NCBI RefSeq assembly: GCF_006345805.1
Contig: NC_042998.1
Span: 55,180,001 to 55,244,000 of the forward strand
Direction: 5' to 3'
Origin: Octopus sinensis
Lineage: Eukaryota
Length of the DNA: 64,000 nucleotides
The translations under genes were made by a program, and so were the position numbers. Shown here piece by piece: positions 47,105 through 60,774 of this stretch. The notes beneath the pieces were generated by a model that searched no databases, was not told the origin of the DNA, and was given only the letters and a program-made list of their open reading frames with translations. Each line of letters opens with the position of its first letter. Positions within the stretch are counted from its first letter, which is position 1.

Positions 47105-47141
<37 letters not shown>

Positions 47142-47142
<1 letters not shown>

Positions 47143-47330
47143 AAGTTAATCCAAACGTGAAAACACAAAGAGAAAACACAACAACGCGAGGACGTGGAAC
47201 AAGTATAGTATTATTGGTCGCTCAGGAAAGAAGGAAAGAAGGGGGGGTTAACGTTTCGAGCGGAGCTCTTCGTCAGAAACATAGGAAAAGGAAAGATCCA
47301 AAGAAGGGAAGACGGAAGATATATATATAA
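47142..47330 (-). mobile_element. Short PLE pseudo-LTR-like element carrying a minimal hammerhead
   Basis: Contains the motif at 47247-47280; homologous truncated copy at 39296-39390; flanked by (TA)n. Confidence 0.6.
47247..47280 (-). ncRNA. Minimal hammerhead ribozyme (PLE dimer type)
   Basis: gttt-CTGACGA-a-gagc[tcc]gctc-GAAACGTT-aac: intact core, 4-bp stem II, palindromic AACGTT stem III; stem I is weak. Confidence 0.65.
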
Positions 47331-47545
47331 TCGGTGGACGCACGCAGTTGTCGAGTGGTACCCGCGTGAGCGGAAAAAAACCACCCGGAAGACCTCCACG
47401 ATGGTGGAATTACGATTTCAAGAGGACGATTGGGATCACGTGGATGAGAAAGGCGCGATCCAGAGAGGAGTGGACAGCGTACTGTGACCAGCGGTGTCAA
47501 ATGGACGCCTGACGGAGTGGTCGGTCAAAGTGATCAAAGTGATAT
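47331..47545 (+). mobile_element. RTE-clade LINE extreme 3' end
   Basis: RWTHAVVEWYPRERK.PPGRPPRWW..TWMRKARSREEW..* across one frameshift. Confidence 0.75.
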
Positions 47546-48689
47546 ATATATATACATTACATATATTACGAGCTTCTTTCCGTTTACTAAATCCTCCGAT
47601 AAGGCTTTAGTCAGCCCGTGGCTATAGAAAAAAGAAACACTTACCTTAGGTATCATGCAAGGGAGCTGAATCTGAAACCATATTATTGGGAACTAAAATT
47701 CTTAGCACACAGCCACGCCTGCACCTATATGTTTATACATTCATACCATATATGAAGCACAAATTTCACACCAGTAATTTATTTGTTTTGTGCTTAAAAT
47801 TAAATGAACAAATATTCAATGCACTAAAAAAAATATTCGAAAACATTGTAGATTAGCACATGATACTAAGTATGCAAAAAGTCGTGAAACCAGCAGGCTG
47901 TCAACAATTTTGACATTATTGGGTGTCATCACCCGCTTACGTCCTTTACATTTATGCTCACTGACCTACTAAACTTAAAAGAAACTTACCAGTTTGGAAC
48001 CATAATAACTGTCCCGATGAAAATGTCCCATCATACTGATCATCATTTATAATACAAATGTCATTTGTATTTGTTATTTTTTTTTAAAAACTTACCCTAG
48101 ATAAAATCCATGGACTGTGGTCTTTATGTTGACACTCAAGTGCATTTTAAATAATCGTGCATTTTTATATAATTATGTAGGCGCAGACATGGTTGAAAAA
48201 TTCTCTTTGTAAACACGTTCGTTCGTATTGCGTAGAACTTTGGGCGATTGTGAATGAAAGTTAGTGGGCGAAAACAATATAGAATCTCGTCGTATAATGT
48301 GTGTGCATGTCTGTTTATGTATATTATGTTATATTGTGTGTGTGTATCTGTGTATACACATTTTATAATTGAAAGGCTCTTAATGCTAGTTCACCGAGTT
48401 TCACATTCCGATCACTGAGTTGGTAACCCGAGCTTGCTTTCTCTTGAATTATTGTTTGAATATATTCTGAAATATTATATGTAAGTTATGAAGAAAATAC
48501 CAGCCAGAAAGGGTTGTTTCAAGCTCATGTTTTTCGTGGGAATACTCCAAACATCTTAAACTTCATTTCGGTGCCGTCATTCTAATAACTCACCTTATGA
48601 ATTTGCGTTGTTATTTAAGTAATATTTAACGGCAGCATTTTACAATGTACGTCTGTTTGCACTTTTTGTGTGAATTCTTTTATTATTTT

Positions 48690-49135
48690 TTTACTTGTTT
48701 TCGGTCATTTGACTGCGGCCATGCTGGAGCACCACCTTAAAGGGTTTTAGTCGAAGAAATGAACCAACCACGGGACTTATTCTGTGTAAGCCTAGTACTT
48801 ATTCTATCGGTCTCTTTTGCCAAACTGCTAAGTTACGGGGACGTAAACACACCACCATCGGTTGTCAAGCAATGGTGGGGACAAACACAGACAAAAGACA
48901 CACATATAAATATACATACATACATACATACATACATACATACATACATACATACATACCTACATACATACATACACACACACACACGCATATATATATA
49001 TATATATTATATATATATATATATATACGATGGGCTTCTTTCAGTTTCAGTTTACCAAATCCACTCACACGGCTTTGGTCGGCCCGAGGCTATAGTAGAA
49101 GGCACTTGCCATGTGATTAGGAAGCAAGCTTCTTG
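48690..49135 (-). mobile_element. SINE family B with expanded internal (TACA)n/(TA)n
   Basis: Reverse-complement family B halves around a ~120-bp microsatellite. Confidence 0.85.
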
Positions 49136-49157
49136 CCATACACATACATGTGTGTGT

Positions 49158-49190
<33 letters not shown>

Positions 49191-50602
49191 CGCACATACT
49201 CGTACACACATACAAACCCTTCGAGACAAACGTTTTAATTCCCCAAACCATTGGTGCTTACATAAAAGATATTTCGTTCAGTGCATATAGGGTGGTAACA
49301 ACTCCGTCCTTTTGTTTGAAACGAGTTTTTTTTTTAATTCTGCTTTGCCCAAATAAACGTTACATTACCTTTGTGATTTGAAATTAACATCCCTATATGG
49401 TTGTGCCTTATTTATAATCAACCAGACAACTTTGAATTTTCGAAGACTTGTCGCAGATAAGAACCATATAAATTTCGACAAAGTCGTGGAGAACTTTTTT
49501 CAGTGCTGACAAATTTTCTTATTTATAAAATCAGTTTTTGAATTTCAATTCAGTTAACCTCAAATAATTTTTAAGTTGATGTTTGTTGTTTGTTTCCTCT
49601 TTAGCGCTGTATAACATCGACTTTGCCAAACAGTACCCATCTACTGGGCAATTCTCACGAATTTGTAGTTGCATGACGGTTGTTGGCCAGCTTTTTGTTT
49701 ATTTTTTTCATTCAGTTTTGTATCATTATAACTTTTGATATACCAACCAAAATTCTTACTAGCTGAATAACTAACCCCAACACAGTTTCTGTTTTGGATC
49801 TTATAATAATTATACCTTGACAGAAAATGGTAATTTAGTAGATAAAGGAATTCCATAGCTATATTAGTTATTACTGTTTACTTAGATACAGAGCTGTACG
49901 TATAAGGTACATTTATTCATATTCTTACACTTTGCATTTCCAGAGTTTTGTTTTAGTATCTAATTTTATCTGAGGATCCACTATTTCTTAACGCTTCATT
50001 ATAATATTATGTTGTCCCCATAAAACCATCTTCCTCAGAAGATATCGAGGATACCCGTCTACTAATGATGTCAATCAGGTTTCACGTGGCACAGAGTGGA
50101 TGATACGATTGCCTATATATGTACACAAATGTCTCATTTGATTTGTAGTATGGTCTGAAACTGATATCATCTAGTTTCAACGTTTGTCAATAAAATAAAC
50201 AGCGTGAGTTCTATTACGTAAAATACTTTGAATAAATTTTACCTTAATATAACTAGTATAACCGTTGCAATTTTCCCATATAAACCACAATCAATTCTAG
50301 AAAATTTTTCTCGATAAATCTACAATCTACAGCCTTATATATTCTACGGATGTGTGGATGGATAGACATACATACACACACAAATACATTCATACACATG
50401 TGTATTTATACATACATAAATACATACAAACATATATGTGTGCGTGTGACATGTCTGTGATATATCTTTAAACTGCTTAAAATGAGAGTTGCTGATTACG
50501 CCCCGAAAAATAAGTAACAGACGCATGTGTGTACTGGGGTTGATTATTATTGAATACATAAATCGTTGAGGTTCGTGCTACAGCATGGCTGCAGATCAAT
50601 TA

Positions 50603-50610
50603 TCTGAACA

Positions 50611-50678
<68 letters not shown>

Positions 50679-50720
50679 TAATAATACGAAGAAGAAGAAG
50701 AAAAAGGAGGAGGAGAGGAG
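50603..50720. repeat. (AAT)n followed by (GAA)/(GGA)n
   Basis: Seen directly. Confidence 0.95.
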
Positions 50721-50887
50721 GGTTGAACTGTATCAAGATTTTATCTACCATTTTGGCACAAACACTTATAGACATCTCGTGGCTATGAATCCAGATGTTC
50801 ATAGACCAATAAGTTGCGTTTATCAAATTTATAATATATATGTATTATATATATATATATATAAGATATATAATAATATATATATAT

Positions 50888-50919
<32 letters not shown>

Positions 50920-51399
50920 CTTACTTATACACACACACACACACATATAATATCGGCAAATGCCTACAAGCATATGCATATATTGGGACTTTAATTTCAC
51001 TTTAATGTAACACTGACCCATGTATCAACATAAATTATGTTAATATATGCAGATGTATGTAGTTACAGTTGGTGGAACCACATTGCCGGTCGGCTATTAG
51101 ATAACAGGGCGTCAAGATTCCTGATTAAAGGTACTTGGTATATTTTGGTCATATCATATTAATAGTCAAATATACTTCCACACATGTAAGCTCACGCATA
51201 TCAAATGATGGGTCATGAGAAGAAAAACATAGGTGTGTCACCGCATACGAGTGCATTTGTGTGTGTGATATATACAGAAGTTTAGCTAATGTCCACGAAC
51301 CACATATACACATTCACATATAAGTTATTATTACGAATGCGCATAAACAAATATACAGGCATACACGTTTGTGGACAGACAGACACACAAACACCCACA

Positions 51400-51940
<541 letters not shown>

Positions 51941-52189
51941 GCGCGTAAAATCTTTAATAACAATTATTTGACTTAACTCCACATAACGTAATATCTTGTA
52001 GGCGCACGCTATGTCCGTATCATTAGATATTCGAAGAAATCAAATGATGCAACCTAGCTTACACCCACGAAATTCTTAAGCGACATGGAGCTGCATCAGT
52101 CAATTATTAAATGCATGTAACTGCAGCAACATCTGCTGTGCTGTAGGATATATATTTTCCTTCTCCACTCGCTCATATGAATACATATA

Positions 52190-52472
52190 TGTTGGGAGTA
52201 GGCTGTGTAGACATTTGCTCTCCAATCACATGGTTTAAGGTTTAGTTTCACTGGATGACACTTGAGCGAGTCTCTTCTATTATAGTCTCGAGCTAACCAA
52301 GCTCTTCTGGGTTGATTTGGTTGACGAAAAGCGAAAGAAGCGCGTCATATCTATCTATCTATCTATCTATCTATCTGTCTATCTATCTATCTATCAATAT
52401 TATATAATATATATTATATATATATTATATATATATATATATATAATCTGTCTGTATGTATGTATGTATGTT

Positions 52473-52515
<43 letters not shown>

Positions 52516-52750
52516 GAGTGTGGATGTGTGTGAGTATATGTCAGTGTACGTTGTCTTCGGGTCTGTGTTTGTCCCTCCCGCAAAACTTGACAACTGTTGT
52601 TCGTGTGTTTATGTCCCCATAACTGAGTAGTTGGGCCATAAGGAACCGATAGAATACGTACAAATAAAATAAGAACTAGCGTTGAAACAGTCGATTAGAA
52701 ATTCTTCAAGATGGTACGTCAGCATGACCACACTCTGATGAATCTAACAA
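52190..52750 (+). mobile_element. Degenerate SINE family B with (CTAT)n/(TA)n internal expansion
   Basis: Head ggctgtgtag..caatcacatggtt and tail gtcagcatgaccaca..tgatgaa flank the microsatellite. Confidence 0.65.
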
Positions 52751-52758
52751 TTAAAAGA

Positions 52759-52791
<33 letters not shown>

Positions 52792-53039
52792 AGAGGCACC
52801 ACCTCGAAACTAGTCTGTGGATGCCAGCCCAGCAAGGGGAAGCTACTGACTTCCCCTGTTCGAAGTTATAAAGGACACAGGTTTGTGTGTCACATAGCAA
52901 GCTAGACGCAATGGCCTCTTAGAGCTAATCAACGGCAGCATTCGTCCTATATTTCTGAAACTGCCATGTTACCTTGGTGATAACTATTAATATCTTGTAC
53001 CGCTGCCGTAGTCTCTTGTAGAGAGAATTAGAAATAATG

Positions 53040-53253
53040 ATATTTCTATATATGAATATATATATATATATAATAAATATATGTATGTATATATATATAT
53101 ATATCTATGTGTGTGTGTATGTATATGTATATATATATGTATGTGTGTGTGTATATATATATGCATATATGTATATATATGAATATATATATGTATACAT
53201 ATGTATGTATGTATATGCATGTATGCATGTATATATATATGTATATATACATG

Positions 53254-53284
<31 letters not shown>

Positions 53285-53452
53285 GTATATATATTTGTAT
53301 GTATATATATGTGTGTATATATGTATATGTATATATATATGTATATATATGTATGTATATATGTATGTGTATATATGTATGTATGTATATATGCATGCAT
53401 GTATATATCTATAATATATATATATATATTATATATATATATATATATATTG
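53040..53452. repeat. Degenerate (TA)n/(TATG)n tract, ~410 bp
   Basis: Seen directly. Confidence 0.95.
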
Positions 53453-53598
53453 CGAAGATGATCTGGTTCTTGACTGAAGATTGAAGGCTTCGAATGTCCC
53501 GTCCGTGTTTTTTGTATCGTCTTCTAAATGTTTTGCGTTCTAGTCCCAGTTTGTATTTTTTTATGCATATATATATATATATATATCTATATATAATT

Positions 53599-53606
53599 AT
53601 ATATAT

Positions 53607-53637
<31 letters not shown>

Positions 53638-53853
53638 CTTTACTACCCACAAGGGGCTAAACACAGAGAGGACAAACAAGGACAGACAAAGGGATTAAGT
53701 CGATTACATCGACCCCAGTGCGTAACTGGTACTTAATTTATCGACCCCGAAAGGATGAAAGGCAAAGTCGACCTCGGCGGAATTTGAACTCAGAACGTAA
53801 CAGCAGACGAAATACGGCTTGGCATTTCGCCCGGTGTGCTAACGTTTCTGCCA
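53599..53853 (-). mobile_element. SINE family A (tail type 1)
   Basis: Reverse complement of a near-consensus copy, inserted in (TA)n. Confidence 0.9.
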
Positions 53854-53873
53854 ATATATATATTGTGTGTGTA

Positions 53874-54245
53874 TAGGCGCAAGCTGTGTGTTAAGAAGCT
53901 TGCTTCTTCTCACTCACATGGATCTGAGTTCAGTTCCATGCGTGGTAGCTGGTTCAAGTGTCTTCTACTAGAGTCTCGGGCCAACAAAAACTTTTGTAAG
54001 TGGATTTGGTAGACGGAAACTGAAAGAAGCCTGTCGTATATGTGTGTGTGTGTGCGTTTGTCCCAAAACACAGCTTTTCAACTGGTGTTTGTGTTTATGT
54101 CCCTGTACATTAGTGGTTCGCCAAAAGAGATTGATAAAGTAAGTACTACGGTTTAGAAAAAAGGGGATTGATTTTTTAGAAAACACTTCAAAACGTTGCC
54201 TCAGCATGGCTTCAGTCAAATGACCGAAACAAGTAAAAGATACTG
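53874..54245 (+). mobile_element. SINE family B
   Basis: Head, internal TG tract and tail are all present. Confidence 0.8.
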
Positions 54246-54952
54246 TTTTCACACACTCATGCAGAGAACATTTATAGTACATTGAAATATCTATATTATT
54301 GGCACTAAGCCAAATATCTAAATAGACATGCGTTATACAAAGGATTACGTAATGGATAAATCTTTACAGTTGTTTTAGATGTACAAATCACTTAACTTAT
54401 AGTTGTTCATAGCTTCATATGTTATTGTCATGCAATGAAGTATGTATGTATGTATGTATGTATGTATGTATGTATGTATGTATGTATGTATGTATGTATG
54501 TATGTATGTACGTATGTATGTTTAGATGTAAGTATGTATATGTAATTTTGTATGTATATTTATGTGCGTTTAATGTATGTGTGTATTGATAGATAGGTAC
54601 ACATTTATACGTATACATATCGTGTGTCCATAAACACATAGAAATATTGGCACTTAGATACAAGACGATATTGGGACATCCCTTGGGTTTCACCAATGCA
54701 CTAGAAAACCTAGAGAATTACACTTTTACTTTACTTAAAGACCCGGCTTTTTGGTAATCGGATACGTTGGGTCAAGACCACACCTTTACAAGAATGTAAC
54801 CTCTTTTATAGATTCCACTGTAAAAATAGAAGCAAAGAAGCGGAGCGGTTCAAGACAGGAACTGCTGTTGTATCATTGTCAGCGGAATGCTATCTTCTTG
54901 CAATAACGCCATTCTATATCCTATTTATTTATCCTTATTTTTACTTCTTTAC

Positions 54953-55004
<52 letters not shown>

Positions 55005-55021
55005 TTATCATCATCATCATC

Positions 55022-55400
55022 TTTAAGACGGTGAGCTGGTAGAATCATTAGCATGCTAGACAAAATGCTCAGCAACATTTCGTCCGTCTTTACGTTCTGA
55101 GTTCAAATTCCGCCGAGGTCGACTTTGTTTTTCGTCCTTTCAGGGTGAGTTAAATGAGAACCAGTTGAGTACAGAGATCGATATAATCGACTAGCCCTCG
55201 CCTGCAAAAATTTCAAGCTTTGTGCCGCTTGTAGAAAGAATTATTGTTATTAAAAAGGCAGCAAATTGTAAGGATCGTCAGCACACCGGACAAAATGCAT
55301 AGGGTCATTTCATCCGTCTTTACGTTCTTAATTCAAATTGCGCCGTGGCTGGCCTTGTTTTTCATCCTTTCAGGGTCGATAAAATAAAGTACCATCTGAC
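55022..55400 (+). mobile_element. Two tandem SINE family A copies
   Basis: gacggtgagctggtagaatc.. and ggcagcaaattgtaaggatc.. heads with family A bodies. Confidence 0.8.
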
Positions 55401-55954
55401 GTGCTTTACACGATTTCAGCCGACACAATTTCTCTTACAGGTTTTTGGACGATCTGAGGTTATAGTCAAAGGCAATAACTGAAGATGACCTGCAGTGGAA
55501 TCGAAACCGGATTTTCGTAAATGCGAAGCGAACCTCTCGTTTTTTGAACATACTTTACCTTCACCAAAGGAGAAGATTACACACACACACACACCACACA
55601 CACACACAACACACACACACACACACACACGCACAGGCACGCACACACACACACTTTGTCTCTTTCTCTCTCACGTGCTCATACACGCACAAGCACCACC
55701 CACGCACAAGCACATAATCAGACTGCACAATGAAGATTAACATAATTTATTACAAAAGGGGTACCAATACACCTAACGTCCTCTTTAAAAGGAAGTTTAC
55801 CCATGACAATCCCCACTCATTCCTGTATGTAATCACAGAGATGCCAGGTCAGTTCCTGTTTACAAACTTGACCTGCAGCTACGAAAGAAATCTCAATTAC
55901 GTAGAACTCTTTAAAACTAACAGTGTTACCATCAAAGATTATAGTGTTTTATAT

Positions 55955-56116
55955 ACGCAGGCTTGGCTGTGTGCTAAGAGGCTTGCTTCCAACCCGCCTG
56001 GTTCTGGGTTCAGTCTGACTGCTTAGCACCTTGGGCAAGTTTCCTATACTAATGTCTTGGTCTAACCAAAGCCTTTGTGAATTGATTTGGTAGACGGAAA
56101 CTGAAGGGATCTCTTC

Positions 56117-56148
<32 letters not shown>

Positions 56149-56370
56149 CTTTGTGTCTGTGTTCTCCCCCACCTTCATCGCTTGGCAACCGGTGCTAGTG
56201 TATTTACGTTCCCGTAACTTAATGGTTCAGCAAAAAAGACAGAAAGAATAAGTACCAGGCTTTACAAAACATAAGTACTGGAGTCGATACCTTCGAATAA
56301 CAGAGTTCTTCAATGCGATGCCCCAGCATGGCTGCAGTCTAATGACTTAAAGAAGTAAAAGATAAAAAAT
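55955..56370 (+). mobile_element. SINE family B, full length
   Basis: Head, internal (TG)n and tail. Confidence 0.82.
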
Positions 56371-58119
56371 AAAAAAATACATTTCTGATACACTTTTGAA
56401 ACTCTCGACATGCCGGCTTCTCACTATTCATCATAATTTCAACAGGAAGATGGTCGCAGCTAGATTTCCGGATGTAAAGTTTTCTTTATTATCGTTTCTA
56501 ATTTTCACAGAGTGTGGCGGCAGCAAGCTAATCAGGATGGGTCGGCGTTGATAAGAAGTATCGTATTTATACGTGCAGTATAAATCTATCGTATGTCCTG
56601 CTGGTTTTATCCTGTGGTCGTTTATAATCAACAGTTTATATATGATTAACAAGGCCTCATGTGATGTTTAAACGTGGTATCTATCTGTAAATTGGTGTTA
56701 ATATATATATATTTTATGTAGGTACCAATAAAATACTAACTAGAAATAAATATGCAGTGATGAGAATAAAAATATCTGATATTACCAATGATTAATATTG
56801 CTTGTTTTTTCTGTTTTTGTTTTGTTTCATTTTTATAGCAGCTACGGGAGACAACTCCCAACACGTTTTGGTATTATTTTGACCTCGTCAGCAAAGCATA
56901 GCAGAAACAGTGATCTGTGAAATACAGATTTAATATTCACGTCATGATTGTATATTTATTTGCGCAGGAAAGAATAATTGTTTGAAGATTAAATAACTCT
57001 GGAATTTCATCTGCATGAAAAACAACGTGTCTATCTATCTATGTGTCTGTCTATGTGTCTGTCTGTCTGTCTTAAATTAGATATAAGGATAAAATCTATA
57101 TAAGAATTTATGAAGTAGCCAGCGTGAAAAATCAGTTAAGAGGAAAATTTATACAAAATATATAATTATTCCCTTTAAGTATAACTACTTTCATTATATT
57201 AAAGAGTATTACTACACGTAAATATCTCACGCTGTAAGGGACTCTTAAAATCAAAGCTACTTTAATAAATATACACGGTACCGAAAGCGGGGAAATATAA
57301 TTTTGAAGTCTCCTCTTAAAAACAGATTTAGCCGCAAATCACATATGATTTCATAGTCAGTGCACATAATGCACTCTCTAGTAATAATCCTTAATATAGT
57401 AAATGCATTTACACACACACACACATGTATTTCTTATCTAGACAAAAATAGTAAATTTTAGAAATGAGGACAGCCAATTGAATTGACTTCAGTTCTTGAC
57501 AAAAAGAGAGTCTCGCCAGCATATGTTGCAACGGAATAGTCTACTTGAAAACATTCGATCCAAAAAGTGAGAAACTACAAAATTACTTAGGGTGGAGAAA
57601 TTTTTTAAAAAATTAATATTTTTAATTCCGAGTCAGCCTTGATCGAATGAGATGACTTTAAGCATGAACAATGCCCAATTGACCAATCGTCTGTTATTAG
57701 ATGTCTGGTTTCTAAGTTGTAAAGAGGCGTCTTTCTTTAGGCAGGACCGAAGACACTTCGCTGATACGTAGAAGCAAACAAAATGTGCGTAAACATTCAC
57801 TAAATTCAAAGAAAATTTACTGATTGTTGAAAATGTCCAATTGCGCATTTTCTGTTACAGTTTCAGTGTATGTGCATTAGAAGGACGATTTTCACAATTT
57901 GATTCAGGAGTTTAATCTAAGGTGGAGGATGGGTAGTATCCATGGCATAGTTATAGTGGGGTAGTTGATGCCCAACGCGAATATTAACATGCAGGTGTCA
58001 TATTTGCAGCAAACAAGTAAACAGTGAATTTCAGAAGTTGGCAAGTCTAAGGAGAAAGAGAGACCGGAAAAGGTTTGGGAGTACTTTCCTATTATCGACA
58101 GCAGTAAAAACAGGTTGAT

Positions 58120-58442
58120 TAGTGGTTAGGGTATTCGGCTCATGATCACAAGGTCGTAGGCTCGATACCCAGCATCGTGTTGAATCCTTGAGAAAGACAC
58201 TTTACTTTACGATGCACCAGTTCAATCTGCTGGCACAAATGAGTAATACTGGTATTTCACAGGGCCAGCCTTGTCACATTCTGTGTCACGCAGAATATAC
58301 CCGTGAACTACGTTAAGGGCACGCGTGTTAAGGGTACGCATGGCTGTGGAGTGCTCAAACACTTACACGTTAAAAACACGTGCAGGCTGTTCCATTGGCC
58401 GTATCAACTGGAACACTCGTGGTCGTAACCGACGGAGTGCCA
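58120..58442 (+). mobile_element. SINE family C
   Basis: Homolog of 46100-46420. Confidence 0.8.
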
Positions 58443-58618
58443 GTTAATATCGACAGCCAATTTATGTACTAGAGAATTAATAAATAAACTATTACACATA
58501 TAAGATGGGTATAATAGTTGATCGGTGAACTTTCAGAATAACTATCACTACCTCGTGGAGAAGGAAAAAGGAAAGTAATTATGTGATAGCTTTCTTCCGT
58601 GAAGGTATTCTCTGTTAA

Positions 58619-59027
58619 AAGGCGGCGAGCTGGCAGAAACGTTAGCACGCCGGGTGAAATGCTTAGCGGTATTTCGTCTGCCGCTACGTTCTGAGTTCAA
58701 ATTCCGCCGAGGTCGACTTTGCTTTCATCCTTTCGGGGTCGATAAATTAAGTACTAGTTACACACTGGGGTCGATGTAATCGACTTAATACCTATGCCTG
58801 TCCTTGTTTGTCCCCTCTATGTTTAGCCCCTTGTGGGTAATAAAGAAATAGAAATAGGTATTTCGTCTGCCACTACGTTCTGAGTTCAAATTCCGCCGAG
58901 ATCGACTTTGCCTTTCATTCTTTCGGGGTCGATAAATTAAGTACCAGTTACGCACTGGGTTTGATATAATCGACTTAATCCCTTTGTCTGTCCTTGTTTA
59001 TCTCCTCTAAGTTGGCAGTAAAGAAAT
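58619..59027 (+). mobile_element. SINE family A dimer with a single 16-bp TSD
   Basis: TSD aggtattctctgttaa at 58603-58618 and 59028-59043 brackets both units. Confidence 0.9.
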
Positions 59028-59434
59028 AGGTATTCTCTGTTAACATTACATTTTTTAATATTTTGCCCTGCAATTCCACACTCTTTTCTTGTACTTTTTA
59101 CTGGTACTTTTCTAAAAACCGATAACTATATCGAAAGATCGCCAATCAACTATTACCCTCGTTTCATAAGTGTAATTGTTATTTATTAACACTTTTGTAA
59201 ATAAAAAATTGTGTGTCGAAATAGGAAAGTACCGGCTTTTTAGTGTGGAGTTATTAGACGTCGTATACAATTAAAAATATGAGAGCAGAGGAGATCAGTA
59301 GGACGAGTGGGTAAGCTGGAGAATGCTTACAATTATCCAATATGTTTTAAAGAACAGGGGTCGCTAAAGTTTTGGTAGAAGAAGCAGGGAGAGTAAAAGG
59401 TGAGTAAACCAATTGTTCACCCATGTTACAAATA

Positions 59435-59595
59435 CAGTAATCCCTCGTCATATCGCGCTTCACCTATCGCCGTTTATTATTTAAGCTTATGTCGATTCCT
59501 CTGTATTTTGCATTTATGGTAAAATAAATATATACAAATTATAAATATACAGTACAATACTGTTTGTACTTCGCAGATTTTCACCTAACTCAAAA
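59435..59595 (+). mobile_element. Tigger/pogo-type MITE left-end fragment
   Basis: TA|CAGTAATCCCTCG..tatcgcg resembles a Tigger-type TIR; no matching right TIR seen. Confidence 0.4.
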
Positions 59596-60285
59596 AGAAA
59601 ATGTGTAATGGTTTCAAATTTTGGTACAAGATCAGCAGTTTTTAGAAGAGGACACAACTTCATTACTCCGACTCCAGTACTGAACCTATACATTATTTTA
59701 TCGGCCCCCGAAGGAATGACGTCGGTGGAATTTGAGCCCAGATTATAAAGAGCTAGGAGAAATGCCGCTAAGTATCGTGTCTAATTCGCTAACGATTCCG
59801 CCAACTCGCCACCACCAGCTGAAAAGTATATTGTAATTTCTATTGTAGGTATAAGGCCACAAGTTTTGGCTGCAAATCCAGGTCATAAATCTAGGCAGCA
59901 AACTGGCAAAATTGTTAAAGCAGTAGAAGTGCTTCGCAGTATTCTGAGATCCAATTCCTGTGAGGTCAATTTTTGCCTTTCGGGATCGATCAAAAATAAA
60001 TAAATAAATAACCCAGAGCGGCGAATTAGCGGAACAGTTAGGACATCGGGTCAAATATATTGCAATATTTTTTCCGGCTCCTTATGATCTGAGTTCAAAT
60101 CTTGGCATGGCTTACTTTGGCGGTTTACTTAATTCATCACCCATTTTACCACGACAACGTATCAACCTTGGGTGCCTTTAGTGGAGTCTACTGTTGCCCG
60201 CATTCGATTGGAGGATACCTCCCTCCCACTTACCCACCTACATCGGAGGCACCGCAAAGAGCCACGGATTCTTTTTTTCACATGA

Positions 60286-60325
<40 letters not shown>

Positions 60326-60329
60326 TATA

Positions 60330-60760
60330 TAGGCGAGCCAGCAATATCGTTAATACGCTGGACAAATTGCTGCTAAGCATTTTGTCTGTCTTTACATTCA
60401 CAGTTCAAAATTACGCTGTGATTGACTACACCTTTCATCTTTTGGGGGTCGATAAAATAAGCTCTAGTTGTGCACAGGGGTCGATGTAATCGACTTCCGC
60501 ACCCCTCAAAATTTCTGGCCCTGTACCAAGATAAGAAAATACCTTTTACTCGTTTCAGTCATTTGACTGCGGCTTTGCTAGAACACCGCCTCGAATGGGT
60601 TTGACCGAACCAATCAACCCCAGGACTTATTTTTAAAACCTAGTACTTATTCAATCGGTTTTCTTTTGCCAAACTGCTAAGTTACAGGGACGTAAACACC
60701 AACACCGCTTGTCAAGCAATGGTGGGGGCGACAAACAGAGACACACAGACATAGACAAAC
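60330..60760. mobile_element. Degenerate SINE family A (+) followed by SINE family B 3' half (-)
   Basis: Family motifs recognisable. Confidence 0.7.
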
Positions 60761-60774
60761 ATACATATATTTCA

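Noticed and set aside
53460-53500. CTGAAGA..gaaggcttc..GAATGTC hammerhead-like string
   Set aside because: Lacks the invariant GAAA (A15.1) and a valid stem III.
54812-54905. Acceptor-like ctcttttatAG followed by a 30-codon open frame (STVKIEAKKRSGSRQ..)
   Set aside because: No recognisable homology or partner exons; compatible with chance.
55477-55512. CTGAAGA..GAAACCGG string
   Set aside because: Lies in a degenerate SINE B head (B-box region) and has no stem II.
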